A stretch of 63,886 nucleotides of DNA, filler included, from Octopus bimaculoides (lineage: Eukaryota), in assembly GCF_001194135.2 (NCBI RefSeq). It is 13 parts of 11 records of this genome, joined end to end, with 100 filler letters (N's around TTAATTAATTAA, not from the genome) between each part and the next. Parts side by side here need not be neighbours in the genome. Positions count along the whole stretch, not along the records: positions 1 to 20,614 come from NC_068989.1; 12 more parts are not named here. The stretch is one strand, 5' to 3'. Positions 1-11,045 of the stretch are shown here, in pieces. Position numbers and translations under genes: made by a program. Under the pieces are notes generated by a model. That model saw only the letters and a program-made list of their open reading frames with translations, searched no databases and had not been told where the DNA came from. Numbering within the stretch: position 1 is the stretch's first letter; every line of letters starts with the position of its first letter.

Positions 1-34
<34 letters not shown>
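1..34. repeat. (TC)n microsatellite
   Basis: Direct reading of the sequence. Confidence 0.95.
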
Positions 35-37
<3 letters not shown>

Positions 38-47
38 GCACGCGCAG

Positions 48-161
48 GCGTATGTAGGGAGGATATTTGGCTCCAGTGCCAAAGATTACTGTCCCCAAAA
101 CAAGCTGGATGTCCAGTCACCCGCGCCAAATCATCAGCACCAAAACAGCTACGCCCAATAG
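48..161 (+). CDS. Candidate terminal coding exon, product unknown
   Basis: The (TC)n pyrimidine tract is followed by GCAG| at 46-47. The phase-0 frame reads AYVGRIFGSSAKDYCPQNKLDVQSPAPNHQHQNSYAQ* and a phase-1 frame is also open for about 49 codons. No homology recognised. Confidence 0.25.
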   Translation, partial: AYVGRIFGSSAKDYCPQNKLDVQSPAPNHQHQNSYAQ

Positions 162-486
162 TCTCGTTCCGAATCAATCATAACCGTTCGTCATAGTTCT
201 ACGGTTTCAAAGCCCGGTAAGCGTTATACGAATGCCTGGACAACAGTTTCATTGCACAACCTATTTTCACCTTGAAAAAAAACCCTGCTGATTACACTAC
301 TGTCTACGAAGGAGCGTCTCCTGAAAAGACAATGTGAACCTTGGGGCAGTGCACATTGGTTAAGTAAATGACTTTGGTAAATTAACCATAATATCCGATC
401 TGAAATGATTTCAGGAAAGACAGGTTATCCAATGCTTTCTAAACGATGCTTGAAACCTCGCCATGGCGTCTGTTTGCACTCTAATC

Positions 487-540
487 ATGATAATGATGAT
501 AATGATGATAATGATGATAATGATGATAATGATGATAATA
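487..540. repeat. 9-bp (ATGATAATG)n tandem repeat
   Basis: About six units, read directly. Confidence 0.9.
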
Positions 541-554
541 CTTACTAATTAAAC

Positions 555-750
555 CAAAACGCTAGCAATTTTGAAGGGAGGAGGTAAGTGGAAACTGCTG
601 ACCTTAATGTTTGAATTGTACTTTATTTCATCGACCCCCAGGGGTTAGGGGTTTGAGTTAAGGTTCGGGTTAAGGTTTGGGTTAAGGTTTGGGTTACGGT
701 TAGGAAACGGAAATTTAACTACGGTGGAATTTGAACTCAGAATTTAACAG
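555..750 (-). mobile_element. Degenerate SINE family B, interrupted by a telomere-like repeat
   Basis: Retains GCAATTTTG..GGGAGG, TTTATTTCATCGACCCC and GGAATTTGAACTCAGAA (reverse B box), matching the other family B copies. Confidence 0.6.
641..704 (+). repeat. TTAGGG-like 12-bp repeat (GGTTTGGGTTAA)
   Basis: ggggttaggggtttgagttaaggttcgggttaaggtttgggttaaggtttgggttacggttagg, about 4-5 units. Confidence 0.75.
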
Positions 751-1244
751 AACTCAGAAACATGCACACCTACACACACATACACACATACGTATGCACA
801 CACAAATATACACACGGGTGTAATAAAAATACAAAAAAAAAGGACACAATACAAACGAAACAAGAGAGACAAACATACATTAATATATATATACACATGC
901 ACGCATACACACATATGTGTATGCATCTTTGCATGTTTGTATGTATGTATAACTACCCATGCATATATGTATGTGTTTATGTATGTATATATGTATGTAA
1001 GTGTGTATGAATGTGTGTATATATGTGTGTGTATGTATGTATGTATGCATGCAAGCATTCACCCCCCAAGCTCATACACACAGAGAATGGGTTAAGAAAG
1101 GAAAATTTTAGATAGCATGTAATATAAAATGGAGACAGATAGATGTCTGCAAATTCCTAAGTTTTGATAGATTCGAATTCACAAGTCAGGGTTTTGTTTT
1201 AAGTGAAACACCACTTAACTGACTTACTGTTTTCTACTCAATGT

Positions 1245-1320
1245 CCGGAAGTAGTAGTTGGGTAAACGATGGCGGATAATGCCACACCGTCACTTCCGTT
1301 TCTAGCTTTCACAGCTTGCG
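1245..1320 (+). promoter_or_regulatory. Promoter-like ETS / ETS-CRE / YY1-like cluster with a possible first exon
   Basis: CCGGAAGT at 1245-1252, GATGGCGG at 1268-1275 (ATG at 1269) and CGGAAGTGACG on the minus strand at 1288-1298. The region is locally CpG-rich, with a possible donor G|GTAATG at 1320/1321. Confidence 0.4.
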
Positions 1321-1551
1321 GTAATGATTGCGCCCTTTCGTCACAGCTCCAACAGCGAAACAACTAATACAATTAACTGTATGACATTGATTAAGGGCAA
1401 ACACACTTCACCTTAAGGTTCAACGACAAACGCTGCCCCGTTTTTTTCTCGTTGTTTTTGCTTGTTAGTTTAATATATTTCTTTCTCTAAGTTCATGTTA
1501 TGTAGAAACTACACGCACATGACCACAATGACACACAAACAAAATAAACTC

Positions 1552-1616
<65 letters not shown>

Positions 1617-1722
1617 CTTTCTCTCTCACTCACTTTTCCTCTCTATCTGTTCCTATCCTTCCGCTGCTCACTACCTATCACTAACTTTTCTCATTTATCT
1701 ATCTAACTATTTATCTATCTGC

Positions 1723-2109
1723 AGAGGCGTGATGGCCCAGTGGTTAGGGCAGCGGGCTCGCGGTCGAAGGAATGCGGTTTCGATTCCCAGACCGGGCGTT
1801 GTGAGTGTTTATTGAGCGAAAACACCTAAAGCCCCACGAAGCTCCGGCAGAGGATGGTGGCGAACCCTGCTGTACTCTTCCACCACAACTTTCTCTCACT
1901 CTTACTTCCAGTTTCTGTTGTGCCTGTAATTCAAAGGGTCAGCCTTGTCACACTGTGTCATGCTGAATATCCCCGAGAACTACGTTAAGGGTACATGTGT
2001 CTGTGGAGTGCTCGGCCACTTGCACGTTAATTTCACGAGCAGGCTGTTCCGTTGATCGGATCAACTGGAACCCTCGACGTCGTAAGCGACGGAGTGCCAA
2101 CAACAACAA
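1723..2109 (+). mobile_element. tRNA-headed SINE family A, full length
   Basis: A box TGGCCCAGTGG, B box GGTTTCGATTCCC and a (CAA)n tail. Highly similar copies at 17197-17569 and 35138-35532. Confidence 0.9.
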
Positions 2110-2741
2110 GTATACGTATATATGTGGTTTCATTATTTTCAGTGGATGCAGCATTATATAGATGCGGATGAATTGTTTTATGGTTTCGATTTATTAGAGA
2201 ACCCTTATTAAGAAGTGTTTTATCTCATACATAAGATTTGTGTATTTAAAGCTTCGTTAGTAGGCGAAAATTTAAACGCATGTCTAAGAATGAATATTGC
2301 GTATCTAGGAGGACACACCCTATCACTATCCATGCATAACCATTTGTGTGTGTATGTGTGTGTGTATACTGAGAAGCTATATATGTTTTTTATTTCTTTT
2401 TTCTACGTTTCAACGTAAGGCTCGAGGTGTTATGGCCTAAATTTAGAGTACTGCTATGTCGGATTGTAAATGTATTGAAAGAAATAATTTTGGCTTCAAA
2501 TTTTAGCAACTTTGAGGCGAAGCCTTAATCGATATCACTGACTCCTTTTCTTAGTCTAGGACTCGAGAATATTTGTGTATTTGTTTTTTGTTGTTTTGTT
2601 TGTTTTTTTTTAATTCTATTTTATTCGATTCTGTTTCCTACGAAAATATGAAATAAACTAAGAAGAAATTCTTTATTTTCTTCTGACTAACCTTATTATC
2701 ATTATTATAAATATACACCCAAAACATTTTAATCATACATA

Positions 2742-2787
<46 letters not shown>

Positions 2788-2969
2788 TACACGCACACAC
2801 ACATACACATACACACTTACACAGAATGTTCTTTCTCGGCTGTATATTCTTTTGCGTCTAAGATGTGATTTATCCGCTCCCATCTGTTAGATTTTCTTTC
2901 CACTTTGGTCTATTCCGCTGTGTGATAATGATAATTAGTCAATCCATTAACGAATTGGAATTCACAGAA

Positions 2970-3009
<40 letters not shown>

Positions 3010-3293
3010 AAACATACAAGCATAAATATATAGATATACAAATATATATTTACACATATCTATGCATGTGTATGTAGGTGTGTGTGTGCGTGTCAGAGAG
3101 AAAGAGACAGGGAGTGCGGGCGTGCGGGCATGTGTGTGTGTGTGTGTGTGTGCGTGTGTGTGTGTGTAAATAACTAGATTGAACTTTTACCTTGATTATG
3201 AAGGCGAAAGTGCCATACACAACAGTACAGGTCAACAACAGAACGAACTAAAGATAAAAGTTGTTTTAACATACCTCGCGCGCGTATACGCAC

Positions 3294-3330
<37 letters not shown>

Positions 3331-3540
3331 CATACATGCATATATATATATATGCGCGTGTGCGTGTGTGTATGAACAATAAGTATATACACACACATGT
3401 ACAAATTATATCTATATGTGAATGTATAATATAGATAGACATATGTACACATTTATATATGTATGCATGTATGTATGTAGTTATATATGCATATGTGTGT
3501 GTGCGTGTGTGTGTGTAGTGACAGGGAGAGAAGGAGGGAG

Positions 3541-4396
3541 NNNNNNNNNNNNNNNNNNNNNNNNNNNNNNNNNNNNNNNNNNNNNNNNNNNNNNNNNNNN
3601 NNNNNNNNNNNNNNNNNNNNNNNNNNNNNNNNNNNNNNNNNNNNNNNNNNNNNNNNNNNNNNNNNNNNNNNNNNNNNNNNNNNNNNNNNNNNNNNNNNNN
3701 NNNNNNNNNNNNNNNNNNNNNNNNNNNNNNNNNNNNNNNNNNNNNNNNNNNNNNNNNNNNNNNNNNNNNNNNNNNNNNNNNNNNNNNNNNNNNNNNNNNN
3801 NNNNNNNNNNNNNNNNNNNNNNNNNNNNNNNNNNNNNNNNNNNNNNNNNNNNNNNNNNNNNNNNNNNNNNNNNNNNNNNNNNNNNNNNNNNNNNNNNNNN
3901 NNNNNNNNNNNNNNNNNNNNNNNNNNNNNNNNNNNNNNNNNNNNNNNNNNNNNNNNNNNNNNNNNNNNNNNNNNNNNNNNNNNNNNNNNNNNNNNNNNNN
4001 NNNNNNNNNNNNNNNNNNNNNNNNNNNNNNNNNNNNNNNNNNNNNNNNNNNNNNNNNNNNNNNNNNNNNNNNNNNNNNNNNNNNNNNNNNNNNNNNNNNN
4101 NNNNNNNNNNNNNNNNNNNNNNNNNNNNNNNNNNNNNNNNNNNNNNNNNNNNNNNNNNNNNNNNNNNNNNNNNNNNNNNNNNNNNNNNNNNNNNNNNNNN
4201 NNNNNNNNNNNNNNNNNNNNNNNNNNNNNNNNNNNNNNNNNNNNNNNNNNNNNNNNNNNNNNNNNNNNNNNNNNNNNNNNNNNNNNNNNNNNNNNNNNNN
4301 NNNNNNNNNNNNNNNNNNNNNNNNNNNNNNNNNNNNNNNNNNNNNNNNNNNNNNNNNNNNNNNNNNNNNNNNNNNNNNNNNNNNNNNNNNNNNNNG
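3541..4396. other. Assembly gap (largest of about 16 plain N gaps)
   Basis: N run. Confidence 1.
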
Positions 4397-5289
4397 ATAT
4401 ATCGAAGGATTACTGTGCATATACTGACTACCCTTTGTCGTACAAGTGACGTTAACCATCAAAGTATCTTAAGTCTTATGAAAGAAACGCTTGATATTAC
4501 CCAGAACTTATGAAACGAGGGCTAACAGAAAGTCTAAAAACAAGCACGGACATTTGAACAAACTTGTGAAAATGCTTTGGGCAGGCAAAGGGGGAAAGCA
4601 CTGGTTTCTTGTATTCCGATACCGCCTCGCATTTATAGAGTATGATTAAATCGATAATATAGACTACACTAGCCGACTAATACTGTTTTTATCGAACCCG
4701 GAAGAATAAACGACAAAGTTGGTCTTAGAGGGATTTGAACTCAAAACATAGAGAGTCGGAACAACTTCACTGCTCTACTAAATCTAACGATCCGTCTCTA
4801 TCATTTTCTTCTCCGCTCTGCCGATTCTGGTAATCTACGTTCGTTTATATTCACCAAAATTAATGTTAGCATAGTTGAATGGATAAAGTGCACCATCCAA
4901 CCTTAATAAATTTAATCTGAATGCTATTCGCGGCAGTAATTTCTGTCTTGTGGAGAAAAAGGCGCATACGTGAGGCGCCACTTGCGGAGATGAGATACAT
5001 CAGTTCTTCGATTATCAGTTCTCCTGGGCTGATGCAAGCGCTGTACTGTGTCGCCGATCAATGTACTTATTTTTACGTGGACTGAAACAAATTTAGATTT
5101 ATATTCTTCATGGAATCCAAGCTGATCAAATTGCGATACAACCGAAAATAGTACCGAGATGTTATCGTATCAATGCAGACCCTGATCACTGCGTAGTGCA
5201 CCAAATGACAAACTCGCTATGATAATAGCTTAACAAGCAAGACAAGGGTCGCGATGAAAGTAAGGAACCATGGTAACCATGGTAATAAT

Positions 5290-5504
5290 GGTTTCAAATT
5301 TTACCACAACGGCAGCAATTTTGGGGGAGGGGATGAGTCGATTACATCGATCCCCAGTGTACATCTGGTACTTATTTTATCGACCCCGAAAGGATAAAAG
5401 GTAAAGTCGACCTCGGCGGAATTGGAACTCAGAACGTAGCGATAGGTGAAATACCGCTAAGCATTTCGTCCAACACGCTAACGAGTCTGCCAGCTCGCCG
5501 CCTT
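5290..5504 (-). mobile_element. tRNA-headed SINE family B, full length
   Basis: Head GGCGGCGAGCTGGCAG, B box GAGTTC.AATTCC, central GCCTTT.ATCCTTTCGGGGTCGATAAA resembling a CORE-type domain. More than 15 copies or fragments in the window. Confidence 0.9.
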
Positions 5505-5628
<124 letters not shown>

Positions 5629-5920
5629 ATCAAGTAATGATAGTGTATTAGACTTGGTGTGCTTGAGACCGGGGACCACGTGTGAGCTTGTATTCCCACT
5701 GAAACTCCGATCATGAACTCTGCACTTCAACAACGACTAATGACTACGGCTACAGCATTTGTCAATTTACAAGCTGGACTTTTGCGGGTGCAAACAGAAA
5801 CCTTACTTTGCCTGCTGGAACGTTAACATTGGTGAGGGACGTGGTGAACGCGTTGATCAGAGCCGGCTCAACCCATCACGAGTGAATGCTGCTACAAATA
5901 CAAATAAGTATCATGCTGGG

Positions 5921-6323
5921 TACTGACCACAACAACAGTGTATCGTGCGAGCCACTGCCCACGATGATAGTGCGTCGGTGTACTGACTACAATGACAGAA
6001 TATCAAGTGAGGCGCTGAGCACAATGATAATGCGCCAGACTATGCTATGCACTGACCGTGATAATAGCATAACAATTGAGTCTCTAACCGCGATGGAAGT
6101 ACGTCAAGTTAAATACTGGCACCGCGATAACAGCGTAGCATGCAAGCTTTTCACCATGATGTTCAAGCCAGGTAGTGCCCGAGATAATAAAATGTCGAGT
6201 GAGACTCTGACTGTGATGATAATGAGTCAAACTAAGTATCGGCCCACGACAGCATATCGAACGAGCTTCTGACCATGATAATAGCGTTGTAAGCCAGACA
6301 CTGAACGCGGTTATAGTACGTCA
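5921..6323 (+). repeat. Degenerate 28-36 bp minisatellite
   Basis: About 13 units of roughly (C/T)ACTGACC(G/A)(T/C)GATAATAG.., overlapping ORF 5886-6272. Confidence 0.7.
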
Positions 6324-6347
6324 GAATAAATAGTGACTACGATAATG

Positions 6348-6506
6348 GCGTAGAAAATAACGCTGTATTTCGTCTGTCTTTACGTTCTGAGTTCGAATTC
6401 CGCCGAGGTCGACTCTGCCTTTCATCCTTTCGTACAGGGGTCGATCTAATCGACTGGCCCCCTCCCCAAAAATGTCGGGCCTTGTGCCTAGAGTAGAAAA
6501 GATTAT
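6348..6506 (+). mobile_element. SINE family B, 5'-truncated with an internal deletion
   Basis: B box GAGTTCGAATTCC and tail CCTTGTGCCTAGAGTAGAAAAG. Confidence 0.85.
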
Positions 6507-6898
6507 ACCGTCCTTCTTTACAGATGAGTAGACTGAATTGGTGAGCAGTAAGTGATTTCTTGAAGTCAGTAAGCCGAATGTAAACAATATAGTTTATGAA
6601 AACATTTGGGTTGTGGTAACGTATTTGTTTTTTTTTGGCACCTCTGCCATGTCATTACCAATTCCTGTATAGGTGGGTGTATATATTTATGTGTAACTAG
6701 ATGAAGAAACAGAGACGCAGGGAAACAAAGAGAAAGACTGGAAGGCAAACGTAAGCAGATTATTCAGGAAAGAGACAGGCATATAGACAGACACTTAGAT
6801 ATATGAATATATAAAGAGAGAGAAAGAGAGGAGGAGGGAGAGAGAGGGAAAGAGAGGAGGAAAGAGATACAATCAATGTTAGACAGACACATAGGATA

Positions 6899-7112
6899 AG
6901 GAGGCGAGCTGGCAGAAACGTTAGCACACCGGGCGAAATGCTTTGCGGTATTTCGTCTGTCTTTACTTTCTGAGTTCAAATTACGCTGAGGTCGACTTTG
7001 CCTTTCATCCTTTCGGGGTCGATAAATTAAGTACCAGTTGCGTACTGGGGTCATTCTGAACGACTGGCCCCCTCCCAAAAAATTTCGGGCCTTGTGCCCA
7101 GAGTAGAAAAGA
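6899..7112 (+). mobile_element. SINE family B, full length
   Basis: Head GGCGAGCTGGCAGAAACGTTAGC through tail GTGCCCAGAGTAGAAAAG. Confidence 0.9.
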
Positions 7113-7798
7113 TAGACACATAGGATACGTGTACTGACAGACGGACAGATGGATGGGTGGATGGACGGGTAGATGGACGGGTGGATGGATGCATGGATAG
7201 ATAGAGGAAGAAAGGAAGAAAGAAAGAAAGAAAAAAAGAAAAAGGAAAGAAAGAAAGAAATATACTCAATGTTAGATAGGCAGATGAAGTACTGTGTAGA
7301 TAGATAGATAGATAGGTAGGTAGGTAGGTAGGTAGATATTCGCTATAACAGCTAACATATTCATAATATTTGTATTAACAAGACTTCAACATATCAGTTA
7401 GTGAGCATCTCATGAGACGGTTTACTCCAAGCTGCGATCATCTTTCACAACAGATGTTTTATAATCTACCTTCATCTATCGCAAGCATTGTTGTATCAAG
7501 TAGCTGCAGTTCTGAAACCAGCTTTGTCTAACATTGCAACGTTTTCCTAAACAGGTGGTTTCCTCTCGCTAAAATAGCTTCTGTCTCAGTTGCTAGCAAC
7601 ACTCACAAAAATACACACACACGCACACACACATACATACACGCAAACGCACGTGTGTGTATGTATATATTTATGTGAAAGTGTGTTGTGTCCGTGAGTC
7701 TGGAATTAATGGTAAACCTATTGGGCTATATTGTTTACGTTATTTACATTTGACGGGTATTTGTCCTCATATTGGTTGTTAACGCAACGTTTCCCATA

Positions 7799-7887
7799 GG
7801 TATATGGCGTAGTGGTTAAGAGCGCGGGCTACTAAACCCAAGATTCCGAGTTCGATTCCAGGCAGTGACCTGAATAATAATAATAAT
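7799..7887 (+). mobile_element. tRNA-derived SINE head with an (AAT)n tail (tRNA-Ser-like anticodon arm)
   Basis: A box TGGCGTAGTGG (7805-7815), GGGCTACTAAACCC arm and B box GAGTTCGATTCC (7848-7859). No convincing acceptor stem, so not a tRNA gene. Confidence 0.7.
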
Positions 7888-7889
7888 GA

Positions 7890-8060
7890 GTGAATCGATT
7901 ACATCGACCCCAGTGTTCATCTGGTACTTACTTTATCGACATCCAGAAAGGATGACAGGTAAATCAACCTCATTGGAATTTGAACTCAGAGCTTAAAGGC
8001 GGATGAAATGCCGGTAAGAATTTTGGCTGGTGTGCTAACGATTCTGCCATCTCGCCACCA
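7890..8060 (-). mobile_element. SINE family B, degenerate
   Basis: TCGATTACATCGACCCCAGT...GGAATTTGAACTCAGA...CTGCCATCTCGCC. Confidence 0.8.
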
Positions 8061-8606
8061 TATTTTAAATAAACATACCTAGAGCATACATATATAAGAC
8101 ATTCTTCCAGTCTAGTTTTAATTAATTATTTATTCATTAACATACTTTATTTGAAGGCTACTCTGATCTACAGATCATATCTAGAGATATTCAACCAAGA
8201 TAATAATTTACAGATAGATGGGAGTATTGTCTTTATATACAATGTACAATATTATGTACAATATTATTTATGTATACTGGAACAGATGGTTCTAACTGAC
8301 TAGTTACAATGCTGTATTCGCATTTTAGTAGTTCCGATTCCCCTCGTTAATCATTGCATGAAGCTGAATGCTAGAGAGAGGTGAAATAAATAGAATAAAC
8401 TAGGAATACATTGTGTATGAATACAAGGTGTTTACATGTCTATACAAGCACTGGTCGGCTTTAGATCTATAAATGTATCCTGTAACACAATATAGCATAT
8501 GCATGTGTATATAATATACACGTGCGTTTTTTCCTGACACTTTTCTCTTTTTTATCCCCTTCCCCCATCTGCCGTCTCTTCCTAATCTCTCCTGGATGTT
8601 CTTCTA

Positions 8607-8641
8607 GTATCCGACGAAGGACTAGTGTCCGAAACGTTATA
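8607..8641 (+). ncRNA. Candidate minimal type I hammerhead ribozyme (U4C core)
   Basis: GTAT-CCGACGA-A-GGAC tagt GTCC-GAA-ACGT-T-ATA, giving a 4-bp helix II, palindromic helix III and helix I of 3 bp plus a G.U pair. Confidence 0.5.
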
Positions 8642-8860
8642 CGAGGAGGTGCTGAAAAGATCCTAGCTTTGAGTAAAAGAAAACACAGGAGGATCAGTTA
8701 ATTATGATCTTATTCAACATATTCCCTTCTCAGATTCACACACTTATTGCAGCAGTCCTTCAGTTTTTCTAAGCCCTGTGAAAGAACTCAGAAGGTTGGG
8801 CTTCCAACCAGGCCTTTCGAGAGACCCTGAAAGCCAGGAACTTTTCAGCGCCCCTTCGTA
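8640..8860. mobile_element. Mariner-type MITE
   Basis: TA at both ends. 29-bp TIRs (8642-8670 and 8830-8858) match at 24 of 29 positions. Second copy at 49341-49561. Confidence 0.85.
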
Positions 8861-9093
8861 TCATACTTTTACTTTGTAAATTTTTCCTTTCTTTGAACGT
8901 CAGTCTGATATAATTCACTGTGAATGTTCTTTGGATTTTTCTTGATTTGAATTATCTGCATTTGCTTTGCTTTGCGTGTGTGTGTGTGTGTACAAGCAAA
9001 CATATGTATATATATATATATATATATATAATATATCNNNNNNNNNNNNNNNNNNNNNNNNNNNNNNNNNNNNNNNNNNNNNNNNNNNNNNNN

Positions 9094-9136
<43 letters not shown>

Positions 9137-9185
9137 CGCTAACCACTACACACATTTTTTTCTCTCCTTGTTTCTTTCTGTTTTC

Positions 9186-9221
9186 CTTTCTGTGGAAGAG
9201 CGTAGGCTCGAAATGTTAAAG
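9186..9221 (+). ncRNA. Candidate minimal hammerhead (A6U core), copy 1, inside a repeat at about 9150-9315
   Basis: CTTT-CTGTGGA-A-GAGC gtag GCTC-GAA-ATGT-T-AAAG. Confidence 0.45.
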
Positions 9222-9310
9222 ACTTTTCAGTTCCCTAGCGTTATACTAATACATCTGTTTGTTTTCTACACCACCTGTCTTCGTCTTTTGTTGTTTTTTT
9301 TGTGAATTCT

Positions 9311-9344
<34 letters not shown>

Positions 9345-9350
<6 letters not shown>

Positions 9351-9580
9351 TGCAGGCACACGGACCCATTAAACCAGCGCTTGTACCAATTCTGAGACAC
9401 CCGCTTCCCACCTTACTAAACGGGATATGAGATACCTTTCGCCTGGGGGTTAAGCTCGTAACCAGCCGCTACTGTTGCTCGTTTTCAGCTGAGAGAACTA
9501 GAAGAACGGGAAAAAAAGGGGCTAGCTCAAGAATAAATCGCAGAGTGCTGTCTAGAAATTGAAACCATCACCTAACGATA
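9345..9580 (-). mobile_element. Degenerate tRNA-headed SINE
   Basis: On the minus strand, GGTTTCAATTTC (B-box-like) is followed by TCTTGAGCTAG...CTCTCAGCTG, resembling the 12445 element. Confidence 0.5.
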
Positions 9581-9772
9581 TATATGTGTTTATATATTTG
9601 ATATATATATATATATATATATGAACACACATACACATTCACGCATTCAGTTATGTAAACGTATAACTTGTAATGCATATGTCGTCTCATCTTTCAGTTC
9701 AGTAGTTCCATTTATCCACATATGTTACCAAATGTTATGACGCAATATGAAGACCGCCATTCAGAGACAAAT

Positions 9773-9850
<78 letters not shown>

Positions 9851-10119
9851 ACGCAAGCGAGTAAATGTGCGTGTGCATATAATAGTTTACCTATATCTAT
9901 CTCTCATTTTCTCTCAACTGCACCATGTATTTCATACACACATACACACATACACACACTCACATAATATATTATATATATATACACACACACAAACATA
10001 TTTATATATACTCATGCACACACACATACACACACGTGTATATTGTTTATGTTATTTAGTTACGTAAGAACATAGAAATGCTCAATACACCCTTATGTGA
10101 GAAATACACACGAGCGTAT

Positions 10120-11045
10120 TAAAGATTGTTCTGCCATTTTGGTTACCCACCAAAGTTCATGGATCTTCTTCATGCAGGAAAGATGACGCTAGTTAATATT
10201 GGCGGGCAATACTCTGGGCCTCACGGTGTAGAAACAAGAAGACAACTTGTGTGTTGGATCCTGCACTGTTAGACCATTTTTCCATCTGCTACACAGAATG
10301 GTGAAAAATAGAGCAGAAGTTAACAATGATATTTCATTTCATTGAGAATCTTTTCAGCATCAAATACTGCAGACGACCACCAAATTCAAATATAAACAAA
10401 TCATAGAACTTCATTATGCTGGTCACTATGTTCTGGTATTTCACACTCTGTATGTTCTGTGAGCAAGTATTTCAGTAGCTATTACAGATTTTAAAAAAGT
10501 AAACCTGACATCCAGAAAACGTAGGTTGTGTATATTATACTAGCTGGCCCCGTGCCGTCAAAAATGACGGCTAATTGTAGTACTTAATATATTAAAAAAG
10601 GTACAAAATAAGGTACATAATAATCACAGATACAAACATTCACACACTTCCCTTGTACATGCACACGCATACACACATATATTCACACAGAGTTGAAACG
10701 CTGTTTGATTCATCAAAATTCCATTAAAATCAATGTGAAAGAAAAAGCTTTGTATTTGATAGAATGTAAAAGGTTTAAAGATCAGCTGGACAATACTATG
10801 AAGAGGAGGAACATTAAACATTCAGAAGCTGAAGTCATCAGTTTCTTGGTCTCACTCCCGATGGGAGATATCGAAAATACAGACGAGAACTACACTGAGT
10901 ACTACCAAGAGCATGCGCATTAAGTTTCTCCTGGCTTTCAACTAAAACTATATGTCGAGAATTGTGGTGTACAGACATCAAAGGATTGATTCTCAAATGA
11001 ACGAGTTATGGTTATCAGATCCGATGGAAATACGTTAATGGATGC
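10120..11045 (+). mobile_element. Fragmented RTE-clade LINE ORF2 remnant
   Basis: FGYPPKFMDLLHAGKMTLVNIGGQYS and CVLDPALL resemble the RTE RT region GCPPKF...QGCVLAPTLF. KRFKDQLDNTMKRRNIK (ORF 10693-10923) resembles the RTE C-terminal RYKDQLK.SLK.C.I. Confidence 0.5.
10539..10571 (-). mobile_element. Helitron-type 3' terminus
   Basis: 7-bp GC-rich hairpin GCCGTCA-AAAA-TGACGGC (10554-10571), then 10 nt, then CTAG|T on the minus strand. Confidence 0.55.

Noticed and set aside
1723-1800. tRNA genes at SINE heads (also 7799, 12445, 45028 and 50906)
   Set aside because: A and B boxes are present but there is no full cloverleaf, and most continue into SINE bodies.
3266-4513. Long ORFs dominated by X (also near 12.7k, 14.7k, 22k, 50k, 51.6k and 59.5k)
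   Set aside because: They are read-through of N gaps. Only the post-gap part of 22169-22960 is real (ORF1-like).
4397-4513. Protein-like peptide IYRRITVHILTTLCRTSDVNHQSILSLMKETLDITQNL*
   Set aside because: The 5' boundary is hidden in a gap and no homology was recognised.
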